The position numbers and the translations under genes are program-made. From the NCBI GenBank assembly GCA_963668355.1, contig OY764265.1:416001-480000 (forward strand): a DNA stretch of 64,000 nucleotides, given 5' to 3'. The notes below the pieces were generated by a model. The model searched no databases. It was not told where the DNA came from and saw only the letters and a list, made by a program, of their open reading frames with translations. The stretch comes from Bdellovibrionota bacterium (GTDB taxonomy: Bacteria; Bdellovibrionota_G; JALEGL01; DATDPG01). This document shows, one piece after another, positions 10,901 through 20,526 of the stretch (positions within the stretch are counted from its first letter, which is position 1; the number at the start of each line of letters is the position of its first letter).

Positions 10901-13311
10901 TCTTGAATCAAATTCGAAAATCGTTTCGAGATGACATTTATCCAATCGAACAATCGGAAACTTGGATTCCCTCCGAACGGGCAGACCCTCAATATCTTGC
11001 CGAACATGAAGGAAGTGAATTCGCCAAACCCAGATCCCAGGAAGAAGTTCAGGAAGAACTTCTTCAGCTGAAAGCTTCTGAGCATCCCGAAGAACGTGCT
11101 CGCATCGAAAAACTGGAATCCCTCAACCGTGACATGTCTCAATGGATTCAAGAATTCGCTCAAGAAGGTCGATGGGCCCAAATGGTGACACCTCAAAAAA
11201 ACCCAAGCAAAGAACTCAAAGACGCAAGACGATTAGAAGTCATGGCCAAGCCGGTCTTTGAAGCCTTCGCTCCGCGTCTGGCAGAATTTGGGATCACAGA
11301 ACCCACCGATGCCGAGTTTACCCGAGGTTTAAATTCCGCCATTGAAGCAGAACTCACTCGATTGGACGGTCGCACCTTCTACACACACATGCAGGCCGCT
11401 GGCATCCAAGTTCTAAAGCCATTGGAACAAAAAACGATTGACCAGGTTCCGGACATCATTCTCGAAGACATGAAAAGTCGTTTATTGCTCAATCATCGAA
11501 TCTTCCTCCAAGATATGATCCGCCCGGAAGGAGACCACACACCATGGATTCCTTTGGAGCGAGCGAAAATCCAAACCTCGCACAAAGGAAGTGGCTCTCC
11601 AGGAAACCCAGGCCCAACGATCGAACGACATCGCCATCAACTGCCTCGTTTGGGCGAGTCGCTGATGGCAGGAAACGCATCCCATCCGTACGCTCGGAGC
11701 AAAAATCATCGACTTAGACCCTCTCTTCCCCTTTCGCCGTCCGAAAACCCAACAATCCGAGCACCTCGAGCCAAAGCGCCAGTGCTTCCAGAGCTCCCAC
11801 CCAACTCCGAGTTTCCAAACACCAAGCCGAATCCAAAAAGGGAGTATGCAAAAAGTTATTCCGGGTACCTGGCAGGAAGAATCGGCTCTGAATTATTTTG
11901 GTCGTACGTCGATCACGATTTTTCGGACATGGAGCATGTGCTTCGGGAAAGCCTAAGCCCCATGGATTTCCTCTCCTACAATATCTTTGCCGGTGTACAA
12001 ACGGGCTTTTCCATGGGTGTTCAAATGCATGTACCGGAAAAATACATGCTAGGTCGCTACTTTCTCCAACACGGTGCGGGTATGGCGGCGGCAATGTGGG
12101 TCAGCGGTTTGGCCACACAAATCCTTAAAACCGGCAATATCAAAGGCTCTCTTGCGCAATACCTATCGGAAGAAGCCCTTCGAAACACTGGAATCACTGC
12201 CGGAAGTTTTATGGTGGCCAGACTTCCCTTAAGCGGGGCCAAAGCCTGGTGGCAGCTGCGCCAAGCCAACCGAGGAAAACAAGTTTTGCGCGGTTTAAAC
12301 CAAGTCAACTACATTCGTCGCGGACTTGGATTGACGGGAGGTGTTGTGGGATTTTTGGCGGGGGAGGTTCTCGTGTTCACACTGGCCAAAGGATTGGAAC
12401 GAGTCATCATTCCCGCCGTTGATGCGCGCCTGGCAAAAAATCAACTCACCGTCGCTTTGAATCGCCTGAATTCCGAACTCTCTTCTCAACATTATGAAAG
12501 CCATATGAGTGAGGTCCTCCATGCGTTTTTTCATGCCTTAGAAACTTACGAGCAAAGAGTCATCCTTCGATCCTTCGTTCAGGAACACGCAGAATACATG
12601 GATCAACATATGCATTTGTCCGAACACTCCATCCTCGCGCTTGAAATGGCTAAAGATCCATTACTATTTGAGGCCGTTCAATCCGCCTTTCAAAATCTGG
12701 GAACCATTGCCGAGATGGGAAAAGAATCCTATGACCGCATGGGTGGGGCCCTCGAACTTTTTCGAAAAGCCCAATGGGACTGGCAAGAGCACATTCAGCA
12801 GGGATCTTTACCCAGTTACTTGCAACAATGTCGAATCGATGGCCTAAGCTCTCCTGGATCCAAAGAAACGTTTTCTCAAACGCCTCGACCCATCGACACA
12901 CAAAACCCATCCGAACCACTTTTCCAGGATTTTATCTCTTGCTACACGCAACGAAGTCTAGAAGCTTTCGACCTTCATCAACGCAATCGATGGAAAGAAA
13001 AATTTACTGAAAATATGGGATACGAAGAGGCTTCTTTCTGGCGATCCAACTACAAATATGAAGCTGCGATGGAAAACCAAAAAATTCCTTTTCCAAAAAC
13101 CGCGTATGAAGTTCGGCTGTTTAAAAAACTCATTCTCGAAAACGCGTTAAAGGTCATTCAAACGCGTCAAAACAACAACCAGGGCACACTCTTCGACGCC
13201 CAAACGGAAGAAACTTTAAAACAAGCGATTGAATTATCTGTCTTTGAAAAACAACAGCAAGAAAGGTTCTTGGAAACATACCTCGGAAGCGAAGGCCCTA
13301 TCAGATTCTAA
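7903..13311 (+). CDS. Large (1802 aa) hypothetical exported protein with an internal tandem domain duplication
   Basis: Uninterrupted ORF, GAGGAG RBS, N-terminal signal peptide, two similar ~155-aa segments, hydrophobic Gly-rich C-terminal helices. Confidence 0.75.
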   Translation: MLFRLNRFIPTAWIVVGMILFSPLSSGYAWPSIHQNGNPSFESLDAFFAAYLIEQGHWEDFFFQAERSIQEKEAGKALVRISTRLYREGNENLLSELIGERIHLASIEQAHSKEMGNLLRERLESWLQDHPPKELSETIFQDLEHKRDFQSEARHAPFVKGLLKGEKYRSIRHANHRAFLPTAVEMIISDAFLVVRASIEGGNGFSYIPPKSAENNPAFSIPKMGSKSTLRDITGESTEDGPGKNGMEGHLFAKPGGDKLEPWKDLLIYHEDEHLERTQLAQMFKKQFVKRTVGSLPENEHSIQLAQVVLETFSSHVPRELIQAVAERLVHQHRFQSHADPVRQYVQHVWARLNLPEETPQPSEKRQSILQCTHKIVDQIAHSLENALDPEGKHTFPKRDVRVSLEGLTGEFSAYSPAVPVNLKRPERRVNPGRIIKNLEREIPKALLESKSWGDIATSYDQYAESLSFEIRRIVGYAMFFRLIQHGWLRLPVSEKGTFEMGMVQSGPALLSRAMSRLVPLLNASGVDVPPIQLWEFERNNHMQKLGKAAREQLEIPFDTTTRTLDLASQKIPKHNAPELAFLDLSFLPYLPSKGAKGINGRLLALYQASEVIQPEGFLFLSVDRGSIDEGYFEAFEKLGFALEARRPSMNPIDDVIIQLAPDPSLASHIKDKLESSEWILLRRTEQPALSLAEVKRLQMGDLRPANHDVREDRVLNSVQLTKRVDFGRVALSNYGAAESESGLVNLFALANAQITEGPEKSLRKTIANEMVHRWRSILSGNENVARLHETLVSKFASHALPPKASLEHMVADQMEKTLTLILQALDQQEGLVRNGNLEAETLNERKSSILEEVSSLRHVDIAQTQRRRSELDELNASLKETLSEYVKAGKWTQMMTSTNKALAKVEKESWIMGLAEPIFRPHAKALAEFGIYHARERDFGRGLNTALLRELEDLSTDAFFRHLSEFGVDVIQIFNTASRGRIKRKMITPGMRTQMKKDILNQIRKSFRDDIYPIEQSETWIPSERADPQYLAEHEGSEFAKPRSQEEVQEELLQLKASEHPEERARIEKLESLNRDMSQWIQEFAQEGRWAQMVTPQKNPSKELKDARRLEVMAKPVFEAFAPRLAEFGITEPTDAEFTRGLNSAIEAELTRLDGRTFYTHMQAAGIQVLKPLEQKTIDQVPDIILEDMKSRLLLNHRIFLQDMIRPEGDHTPWIPLERAKIQTSHKGSGSPGNPGPTIERHRHQLPRLGESLMAGNASHPYARSKNHRLRPSLPLSPSENPTIRAPRAKAPVLPELPPNSEFPNTKPNPKREYAKSYSGYLAGRIGSELFWSYVDHDFSDMEHVLRESLSPMDFLSYNIFAGVQTGFSMGVQMHVPEKYMLGRYFLQHGAGMAAAMWVSGLATQILKTGNIKGSLAQYLSEEALRNTGITAGSFMVARLPLSGAKAWWQLRQANRGKQVLRGLNQVNYIRRGLGLTGGVVGFLAGEVLVFTLAKGLERVIIPAVDARLAKNQLTVALNRLNSELSSQHYESHMSEVLHAFFHALETYEQRVILRSFVQEHAEYMDQHMHLSEHSILALEMAKDPLLFEAVQSAFQNLGTIAEMGKESYDRMGGALELFRKAQWDWQEHIQQGSLPSYLQQCRIDGLSSPGSKETFSQTPRPIDTQNPSEPLFQDFISCYTQRSLEAFDLHQRNRWKEKFTENMGYEEASFWRSNYKYEAAMENQKIPFPKTAYEVRLFKKLILENALKVIQTRQNNNQGTLFDAQTEETLKQAIELSVFEKQQQERFLETYLGSEGPIRF

Positions 13312-13312
13312 C

Positions 13313-14455
13313 CTATCCCGCCACAGGGGGAAGGTTCACTTTGTCAGTCTGCTGTAGTTCTTCTCGAAATTCTTCCAAAGAGGGCGTGACCACTTTGTCT
13401 ATATACTTCCCGCCCATCAAACGGGCCAAAGCTCCATACGAAGGACGGAATGTAATCGTGTCACCCACCGAAAGGTTGGCGGGATTATCTCCCACATTGA
13501 CAACGGTTAAGTCGCTACTCGCTCCCACCAACTTATAATTTGGATTCAACGGCTTCAATCGGCTGACATCCGTATCCAACTGCCCAACCGTGACCACAGC
13601 CCGATATCCTCGTTCCCCTGGAGCGTATTCGGCCGAACCAAACTCTTCAAAAGGCATCATGTCGGGCACTGAATCCCCTTGAGGATGCAAACTCTTCTCC
13701 CGCATTTCAACGATCTCCACATCTAAGGTCATCGCGTCATCCCGTAACCCGGCGAGCGAATCTCCATTGACCAAGTCGGTTCCCAAAAAGGCGGATTCAC
13801 CAATCCGGAAATGATTGACCGTTTTCGGCAAGAGACCATCTCGAAGCAAGGGAAGCGAGGCGCTCGTGCCTCCCGAAATCATGGAAAGCTTACGTCCAAA
13901 TTTCAATTCGAGAAGTTCATGGTAGAGGGAAAGCTGACTGAATTGATCTATGCTGGGAACCGCGCCGGTTAAGCATCCCAAATTGCTTCCAACACCCAGG
14001 ACTTCAATATGTGGCAGTTCAAAAATGTTTTCGTAAAACGGCACCAACGACCCAGGCAAAACCCCCTCCCGCAAATCACCCAGCTCAATCATGATGATCA
14101 CGCGATGCAGTTTGTTTTGCCGTTCGGCTTCTTTGCTAAGCGCCCGTATGGTTTCCTCTTCACTATTCAAACTAACGTCCGTTAAGCGAACAATCTCCCG
14201 AATCGCCGGAAGATGCGGCAAACGCAGATACCAAGTTTCGCTGTCCCCAGGCAACGCATCAATGGCTTCCAAATTCCCCAAACGAGAATCCGCCATAGAA
14301 GAAATCCCCATCGCTCGAAGAGCCGCTAAGGTGTCCTCGTGTCCACAGAGAACTTTTGTCACGAGTGTCCAAGAAGCTCCGTGCGCATCGACCCACTTAT
14401 CGATGGTTCGAATATTGTGCAGTAAAGCTTGCAGATTGAGCGTGAGAACGTTCAC
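13313..14455 (-). CDS. Alanine/ornithine racemase-family PLP enzyme (Orr/YhfX-like)
   Basis: VTKVLCG (PLP Lys), MADSRL, MIELGDLREG, GSNLGC, SGGTSAS, FRIGES, GASSD; GTG start overlaps the GNAT stop (GTGA). Confidence 0.85.
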   Translation of the reverse strand: MNVLTLNLQALLHNIRTIDKWVDAHGASWTLVTKVLCGHEDTLAALRAMGISSMADSRLGNLEAIDALPGDSETWYLRLPHLPAIREIVRLTDVSLNSEEETIRALSKEAERQNKLHRVIIMIELGDLREGVLPGSLVPFYENIFELPHIEVLGVGSNLGCLTGAVPSIDQFSQLSLYHELLELKFGRKLSMISGGTSASLPLLRDGLLPKTVNHFRIGESAFLGTDLVNGDSLAGLRDDAMTLDVEIVEMREKSLHPQGDSVPDMMPFEEFGSAEYAPGERGYRAVVTVGQLDTDVSRLKPLNPNYKLVGASSDLTVVNVGDNPANLSVGDTITFRPSYGALARLMGGKYIDKVVTPSLEEFREELQQTDKVNLPPVAG

Positions 14456-14919
14456 GCTTGATCTCCCTCCGGTACCCAACGCATTTCGGCATACTTGCTT
14501 TGAAAACCGAGACGTTCGTAAAGACGTTTGGCGGGATTATCGTATTCCACATGAAGTTTCACGGCTCCCTTGCATTCACGCAAAGAGTGCTCAATCAATT
14601 TTCCCCCAATGCCTTGGCCCCGCAAGTCTGGATTCACGGCCACAAACAACAGAACATTTTCGGGGATATACCCGCCCATTCCCGTTTGAAGCATGCAAAG
14701 GGCTCCAACCAAATTGTCTTTCTCCTGAGCCAGCATCAAAAAACCGCCCTGGCCCCTCCCAGAAACCAAAGCATAGTCCAGAGCCTTCTCGATATCCGGA
14801 ATCTGGTCATGATACGGTTGCATCACCTCGTGAAAGAAATGGACCAGGCGATCCCGGGAGGCCCAAGACGGAAATTCGTTTTCAGAAGTTATTTTTTGGA
14901 ATTGCAGAGAAGAAGTCAT
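14452..14919 (-). CDS. GNAT N-acetyltransferase
   Basis: FVAVNPDLRGQGIGGKL acetyl-CoA motif A; LHVEYDNPAKRLYERLGF. Confidence 0.88.
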   Translation of the reverse strand: MTSSLQFQKITSENEFPSWASRDRLVHFFHEVMQPYHDQIPDIEKALDYALVSGRGQGGFLMLAQEKDNLVGALCMLQTGMGGYIPENVLLFVAVNPDLRGQGIGGKLIEHSLRECKGAVKLHVEYDNPAKRLYERLGFQSKYAEMRWVPEGDQA

Positions 14920-15053
14920 AAGTATCCATCCATCGAAACGCGGCGCACTATAACACTCGAAGATTCGAACGCAAGGCACGATCCCGAGCTCTCGCGCATC
15001 AAAAGGGCATTTATTCAATCAATCTGGCCTCTTGCGCTTGCATCTTTGCCCAG

Positions 15054-16280
15054 ATGCTCGATACTAATTGTTTCAACGGGGAGAGCATCAGCGTGGTTCA
15101 AGCATCAAATCATCCATCTTCGACCTTTTCAGCTCAGGAAGAACAAACACTTCGAGAGCTTCGTCACACACTCCATGGGAAAGCCGAAGCCTCTCATCAG
15201 GAGGAACAAACGGCGAAGGTTCTGACCGAATTTCTCAATCAACACAAACCTGACCAAATCCTTACGGACATAGCAGGACATGGCATTCTGGCGATTTTCG
15301 AAGGCCAAGAAAAGGGACCTTCTATTTTGATCCGATCGGATATGGACGGCCTCCCCATCGAAGAAAAGGATGAAAAGGGAGAAACGCGTGCAACCTCTCA
15401 TCGCTGCGGCCATGATGGACATATGGCCATGGTATCCGGAGTCGCCTTAAAACTGGCGCAGTTCCGTCCTCCAAAAGGAAAAGTGGCCCTCCTCTTTCAA
15501 CCGGCAGAAGAAGTGGGAGAAGGAGCTGCCAAAGTATTGGAAGATCAGGCGTTTTCTCAAGCCATTCATCCCGATTTTGCGTTTGCCCTACACAATCTTC
15601 CGGGCCTTCCTTTGGGAACGGTTGTACTTCGCGATGGCGTCTTCGCTTCCGCTTCGGAAGGCATGCAAATTTTCTTCAAAGGAAAAACCTCTCATGCTGC
15701 TGAGCCACATCAAGGGGTAAGCCCCGCTCTAGCCCTTGCGCAAGTGATCGAGGCCTTGAGTTCTGCACCCCAGTTTCACACGGGCCTGGCTGATGCTGCA
15801 CAGGCAACCTTGATTCACGCACGATTCGGCGAAGCCGATGCTTTCGGAACATCCCCTGGAGAGGGGTGGATTCAAGCCACCTTGCGAGCCCATGACGATG
15901 ATGTGATGAACACGCTTAAGCGTGAGTGTACATCCCTCGCGGAGAGATTGGGAAAGGCCCACCGCCTAAACACCGAGATTACTTGGACTCAAGGTTTTCC
16001 GGTTACGAACAACGTCTCCAAGCTCAATGGATTCATCGAAGCCTCCGCAAAGAAATTAAAATTACCCATTCAGCGGCCCGCTCTTCCCTATGCGTGGTCT
16101 GAAGATTTTGGACATTTCACCCACACCTATCCGGGAGCCTTATTTGGTTTGGGCTCAGGAAAAACCCAACCCGCTTTGCATAATCCAGATTACGAGTTTC
16201 CCGACGACCTCATTGTCTCGGGAAGTTCGCTGTTTCTTGAAATCATCACCCAAGCCCTTGAGAGTTCCACAGATGTTTGA
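15054..16280 (+). CDS. M20D amidohydrolase
   Basis: RSDMDGLP, HRCGHDGH, FQPAEE, HAAEP, SEDF, LHNPDY motifs; the true start may be slightly downstream. Confidence 0.88.
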   Translation: MLDTNCFNGESISVVQASNHPSSTFSAQEEQTLRELRHTLHGKAEASHQEEQTAKVLTEFLNQHKPDQILTDIAGHGILAIFEGQEKGPSILIRSDMDGLPIEEKDEKGETRATSHRCGHDGHMAMVSGVALKLAQFRPPKGKVALLFQPAEEVGEGAAKVLEDQAFSQAIHPDFAFALHNLPGLPLGTVVLRDGVFASASEGMQIFFKGKTSHAAEPHQGVSPALALAQVIEALSSAPQFHTGLADAAQATLIHARFGEADAFGTSPGEGWIQATLRAHDDDVMNTLKRECTSLAERLGKAHRLNTEITWTQGFPVTNNVSKLNGFIEASAKKLKLPIQRPALPYAWSEDFGHFTHTYPGALFGLGSGKTQPALHNPDYEFPDDLIVSGSSLFLEIITQALESSTDV

Positions 16281-17454
16281 AAGTTCGAAGATTGAACTAA
16301 GCCGATCCGCCTTAAGAAGTAACATCCGTTTTCTCAAGAAAGTGATCGGCCCCAACACGATTTTTTCTTCGGTCATTAAAGGAAATGCATACGGTCATTG
16401 GCTTCCTCTCTTTGTGCCTTTGGCTGAAAAATGTGGCGTCCGACATTTTTCCGTATTCAGTGCAGCCGAAGCGCATCAGGCGTTGAAGAGTCGAACGCAG
16501 GACAGTCACATCATGATCATGGGAGACCTTGATTCAGAAGCTTTGGCCTGGGCCATAGAAAAGGAATTGTCGTTTTTTGTCTTTGACCCCGAACGAGTCA
16601 AGTCAGCCATTCAAACGTCCAAGAAAATTGGCAAACCGGCCAAGTTGCATCTCGAACTGGAAACCGGATTGAATCGCACAGGGCTTTCGTCCAAACAGCT
16701 CAGACAAGTGCTGGAATACCTCCAGAAAGACCCCAATCAGATTCAAATCGAAGGCGTTTGCTCGCATTTGGCCGGAGCTGAAAACTTCGGGAATTATTTA
16801 AGAATCCAGAGCCAAATCGAAAACTACCAATCTCAAGTGAGCTGGTTGCAAAAACAACCCGTAATGTCTCAGAGACCCAGTTTTTTAAGACACACCGCCT
16901 GCTCGGCGGCCGTCATCAACTACCCTGAAACGATTCTGGACATGGTCCGCATCGGAATCGCCCAGTACGGTTTCTGGCCCAGCAAGGAAACAGAGATTCA
17001 CTATTTCAACTTCCACAAGAAAGTGCACTCACGAGCCAAACGACGCTCCCCATTAAAGCGCATCATCAAATGGAGCAGTCGAATCATGAGCACCAAAGAA
17101 GTCAAACGCGGGGACTACGTGGGGTATGGATCCTCCGGATTGGTTACACGAAACTTGAAACTGGCGTCGGTTCCGATCGGCTATAGCCATGGATTCTCCC
17201 GAGATCTCAGTCACAAAGGACATGTGCTTGTGCAAGGCCGGCGAGCTCCCATTGTGGGAATGGTGAACATGAGCATGTTCATGATCGACGTGACCGATAT
17301 TCCCTCCGTGAAAAGAGGCGATGAAGTTGTCCTGGTCGGACAACAAGGGGACGCTACCATTTCCATTGGAGCCTTCGGTGAACTCACGCGTTTCATTAAC
17401 TATGAAGTATTGGTGAGTCTACCCACGGAAATTCCACGAGTAGTGGTGGACTAA
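16273..17454 (+). CDS. alr: Alanine racemase
   Basis: SVIKGNAYGH (PLP Lys), HLELETGLNRTG, RIGIAQYG, VGYG, PIGYSHG, VGMVNM; ATG 16273 overlaps the M20 stop. Confidence 0.85.
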   Translation: MFESSKIELSRSALRSNIRFLKKVIGPNTIFSSVIKGNAYGHWLPLFVPLAEKCGVRHFSVFSAAEAHQALKSRTQDSHIMIMGDLDSEALAWAIEKELSFFVFDPERVKSAIQTSKKIGKPAKLHLELETGLNRTGLSSKQLRQVLEYLQKDPNQIQIEGVCSHLAGAENFGNYLRIQSQIENYQSQVSWLQKQPVMSQRPSFLRHTACSAAVINYPETILDMVRIGIAQYGFWPSKETEIHYFNFHKKVHSRAKRRSPLKRIIKWSSRIMSTKEVKRGDYVGYGSSGLVTRNLKLASVPIGYSHGFSRDLSHKGHVLVQGRRAPIVGMVNMSMFMIDVTDIPSVKRGDEVVLVGQQGDATISIGAFGELTRFINYEVLVSLPTEIPRVVVD

Positions 17455-17471
17455 ATTTAAGAAAGGTCGAT

Positions 17472-18062
17472 ATGAAAAACGTCTTATGCGCCATTGCATT
17501 TTTTTTGAGCCCAAACTTTCTCGTCGCAGCTCCAATTCAAAAGGCCACATTCGCCGGCGGATGCTTCTGGTGCATGGAAGTTTCTTTTGAAGAGTTGGAT
17601 GGCGTCGAATCGGTGATTTCCGGTTTCGCCGGTGGATCCAAGAAAAACCCAACCTACGCCGAGGTGTCCAGTGGCAAAACAAAATACCTAGAAGTCGTTC
17701 AGGTCTCCTACGATCCTTCTAAAATCACGTATAAAAAACTTTTGGAGGTCTTTTGGCGAAGCTTCGACCCCACCGACGACGGAGGTCAATTCAAGGACCG
17801 AGGGAATCAATATCGATCAGCCATTTTCTATCACACGCCTGAACAAAAAAGAGAAGCCAAGGAATCCAAACAAAAGTTGTCCGCTTCCAAACGATTCAAC
17901 AAACCCATCGTCACCGAAATTCGACCTTTTACGACATTTTTCCCAGCGGAAAAATATCATCAGGATTATTACAAAAAGAACCCAAAGCATTACAAACAAT
18001 ACCGTAAAGCTTCCGGGAGAGATGCCTTCCTTGACGAAACCTGGGGGAAAGAGAAACAATAA
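17472..18062 (+). CDS. msrA: Peptide-methionine (S)-S-oxide reductase with signal peptide
   Basis: AGGCFWCME, QFKDRGNQYRSAIF, AEKYHQDYY. Confidence 0.93.
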   Translation: MKNVLCAIAFFLSPNFLVAAPIQKATFAGGCFWCMEVSFEELDGVESVISGFAGGSKKNPTYAEVSSGKTKYLEVVQVSYDPSKITYKKLLEVFWRSFDPTDDGGQFKDRGNQYRSAIFYHTPEQKREAKESKQKLSASKRFNKPIVTEIRPFTTFFPAEKYHQDYYKKNPKHYKQYRKASGRDAFLDETWGKEKQ

Positions 18063-18113
18063 AGCCATGGCCCCCTTTGTCCTATAATGGATGGAAGAGA
18101 ACAGGAGGAAAAC

Positions 18114-18584
18114 ATGAATCACCAAGACTTCATGAAACGTACGCTTGAGATTGCGCGAGACAAAATGAATTCCAACGAAGGCGGCCCTTTTGGCGCCCTG
18201 ATTGTTCGCAAAGGCGAAATCATTGCGGAAGGCTGGAACCGCGTCACATCCACCTGTGATCCAACCGCCCATGCCGAAGTTCAAGCGGTTCGAAATGCAT
18301 GTCAAAAACTGGGGACGTTTCATTTGAAAGATTGCGTGATTTATTCCAGTTGTGAACCCTGCCCAATGTGTTTGTCCGCCATTTATTGGGCCCACATCGA
18401 TCGCATCTACTACGCATGTACGAAAGAAGATGCGGCGGCCATTGATTTTGATGACGACCTCATCTACCAGGAGATAAAAAAGCCCCTACAAGAACGAATC
18501 GTTCCAGCAGAAAACATGATGCGCGAGCGGGGGTTGGATGTGTTTAAAGCCTGGACCGAAAAAGAAGACCGCATTCCTTATTAA
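18114..18584 (+). CDS. Guanine deaminase (cytidine/CDA-fold nucleoside deaminase)
   Basis: GGPFGA, DPTAHAEV, SCEPCPMC, FDDDLIY; ATG after AGGAGG. Confidence 0.85.
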   Translation: MNHQDFMKRTLEIARDKMNSNEGGPFGALIVRKGEIIAEGWNRVTSTCDPTAHAEVQAVRNACQKLGTFHLKDCVIYSSCEPCPMCLSAIYWAHIDRIYYACTKEDAAAIDFDDDLIYQEIKKPLQERIVPAENMMRERGLDVFKAWTEKEDRIPY

Positions 18585-18776
18585 GATAAGGTCCATTTGA
18601 GCCTGGACCAATCTAACGCATCGTTTCTTTGCGAGCGGGTTTACGAAGGACCCTTTTCGCGCCAAGCGATCTGAAGATAATTCATTTTAATACCTCGTAT
18701 AAACCTGCCGGGGATCAGTTTTTTTGTCGCCCCATCCTTTAAAAAGGCAGGAGGAAAATCAATTACTCACGAGGAT

Positions 18777-20504
18777 ATGACAATGGTTGAATCTCGAACT
18801 CATGATGTTCTGATTTTTGGTACGGGCTTGGCGGGTCTTCGGGCGGCCGTCCAGATTTCCATGGAATTGGGAGATTCCGTAGACATCGGATTGGTTTCCA
18901 AAGTCCAGCTCAACCGGGCGCATTCCGTATGTGCCGAAGGCGGCACAGCAGCCGTACTCCGAACGGAAGAAGGAGATAGCCTGGATCTTCATGCTTGGGA
19001 TTCCATCAAGGGTTCCGACTTTCTAGCCGACCAAGACGTCGTGGACATCTTCGTGAAAACCTGCCCCGAAGAGATCAATCTCCTCGATCATTGGGGACTG
19101 CCCTGGTCCCGAAGAAAAGACGGACGCATTCTCCAACGACCCTTTGGAGGTCATGGATACCCGAGAGCCACCTTAGCCGCAGACAAAACGGGCTTTTTTG
19201 AAATGCAAACCCTCTACGATCACCTCTTGCGTTTCAACAAGTCCTTCACCAGATATGACGAAGGCTTCGTGACATCCATCCAGGTGGAAAACAACCAGTT
19301 TGCGGGCCTGACCATGTACGACGCAACTACGGGTGAGTTCAAACTTCTAAAAGGAAAAGCCCTTCTGATCGCTTCCGGTGGACTCGGAACCCTGTACGGA
19401 TTCACGACATACTCTCAAACCGTTACGGGAGATGGCCAAGCCGTAGCCTACCGTGCAGGCTTGGCGTTGGAAGACATGGAGTTCATTCAATTCCATCCCA
19501 CCGGTTTGGTGCCTTCTGGAATTCTCATGACCGAAGGCTGCCGAGGAGAAGGCGGGTATTTGCGAAACAATAAAGGCGAGCGTTTCATGGAAAAATATGC
19601 CGCCAAAATGATGGAACTGGCGCCGCGAGACATCGTTTCTCGATCCGAGACCACCGAAATCTTGGAAGGAAGAGGATTTGAAACGGCCGACGGTCTCGGA
19701 GCCCTTCACCTGGACCTCACTCACTTGGGAGCCGAAAAAATCAACACCTCTCTCCCCCTCATTCGAGAGGTATGCATGAAATTCGTGGGACTGGACCCCA
19801 TCAAAGACCCCATTCCCATTCGCCCGGTGGCCCACTATTCCATGGGAGGCATTGAGGCCGACATTCGCGGAGCTACACGCATGAAAGGAATTTGGGCAGC
19901 CGGAGAAGTAGCCTGCACTTCCTTGCATGGAGCCAATCGATTGGGCTCAAATTCCACCGCAGAATGCTTGGTCTGGGGAAACATCAGCGGAAAAGAAATT
20001 TCCAACTATCTAAAAACCAATCCGAGCGTGCAAGAACCCGACTCCGACAAGGTGGAAGGTGAACGAAAGAGAATCTTCGAACACCTTCTCCAGAAAACGG
20101 GCAATGAGTGCCCGTACAAAATTCGGGAAGAACTTCGAAAAACCATGGATGAAAACGTGGGCGTTTTCCGAACCGGCGAAAAACTTTCCCTGGCGTTGAG
20201 TCACATCAAAGCCCTCAAAAAACGTTTTGAAGATGTTTCGGTGGAAGACAAATCCTTGGTCTACAACACCAACCTGATCAACACCTTGGAAACCGAGAAC
20301 TTACTAGACCTTGCTGAAGTCCTCGTAACCTGTGCATTAGCCAGGGAAGAGTCCAGAGGAGGCCATTCTCGAAAAGACTTCACGGTGCGTAACGACGAAC
20401 AATGGTTGAAACATTCACTGGCCTACCATGGTGAAAAGGAACCGAAGATTGATTACAAATCGGTAACCATCACCAAATGGAAACCCGTGGAACGAAAATA
20501 TTAG
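18777..20504 (+). CDS. sdhA: Succinate dehydrogenase/fumarate reductase flavoprotein
   Basis: GTGLAG, AHSVCAEGG (FAD-His), QFHPTG, LMTEGCRGEGG, HYSMGG, LHGANRLGSNS, ESRGGH. Confidence 0.93.
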   Translation: MTMVESRTHDVLIFGTGLAGLRAAVQISMELGDSVDIGLVSKVQLNRAHSVCAEGGTAAVLRTEEGDSLDLHAWDSIKGSDFLADQDVVDIFVKTCPEEINLLDHWGLPWSRRKDGRILQRPFGGHGYPRATLAADKTGFFEMQTLYDHLLRFNKSFTRYDEGFVTSIQVENNQFAGLTMYDATTGEFKLLKGKALLIASGGLGTLYGFTTYSQTVTGDGQAVAYRAGLALEDMEFIQFHPTGLVPSGILMTEGCRGEGGYLRNNKGERFMEKYAAKMMELAPRDIVSRSETTEILEGRGFETADGLGALHLDLTHLGAEKINTSLPLIREVCMKFVGLDPIKDPIPIRPVAHYSMGGIEADIRGATRMKGIWAAGEVACTSLHGANRLGSNSTAECLVWGNISGKEISNYLKTNPSVQEPDSDKVEGERKRIFEHLLQKTGNECPYKIREELRKTMDENVGVFRTGEKLSLALSHIKALKKRFEDVSVEDKSLVYNTNLINTLETENLLDLAEVLVTCALAREESRGGHSRKDFTVRNDEQWLKHSLAYHGEKEPKIDYKSVTITKWKPVERKY

Positions 20505-20526
20505 ATTGGCGAGAGGAGACACCTAC

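Noticed and set aside
14091..15225. Plus-strand ORFs of 276 aa and 255 aa
   Set aside because: Antisense shadows of the racemase and GNAT genes with no recognisable motifs
16090..16272. N-terminal extension of Alr in the ORF track
   Set aside because: Overlaps the M20 gene; the Alr-like sequence begins at ATG 16273
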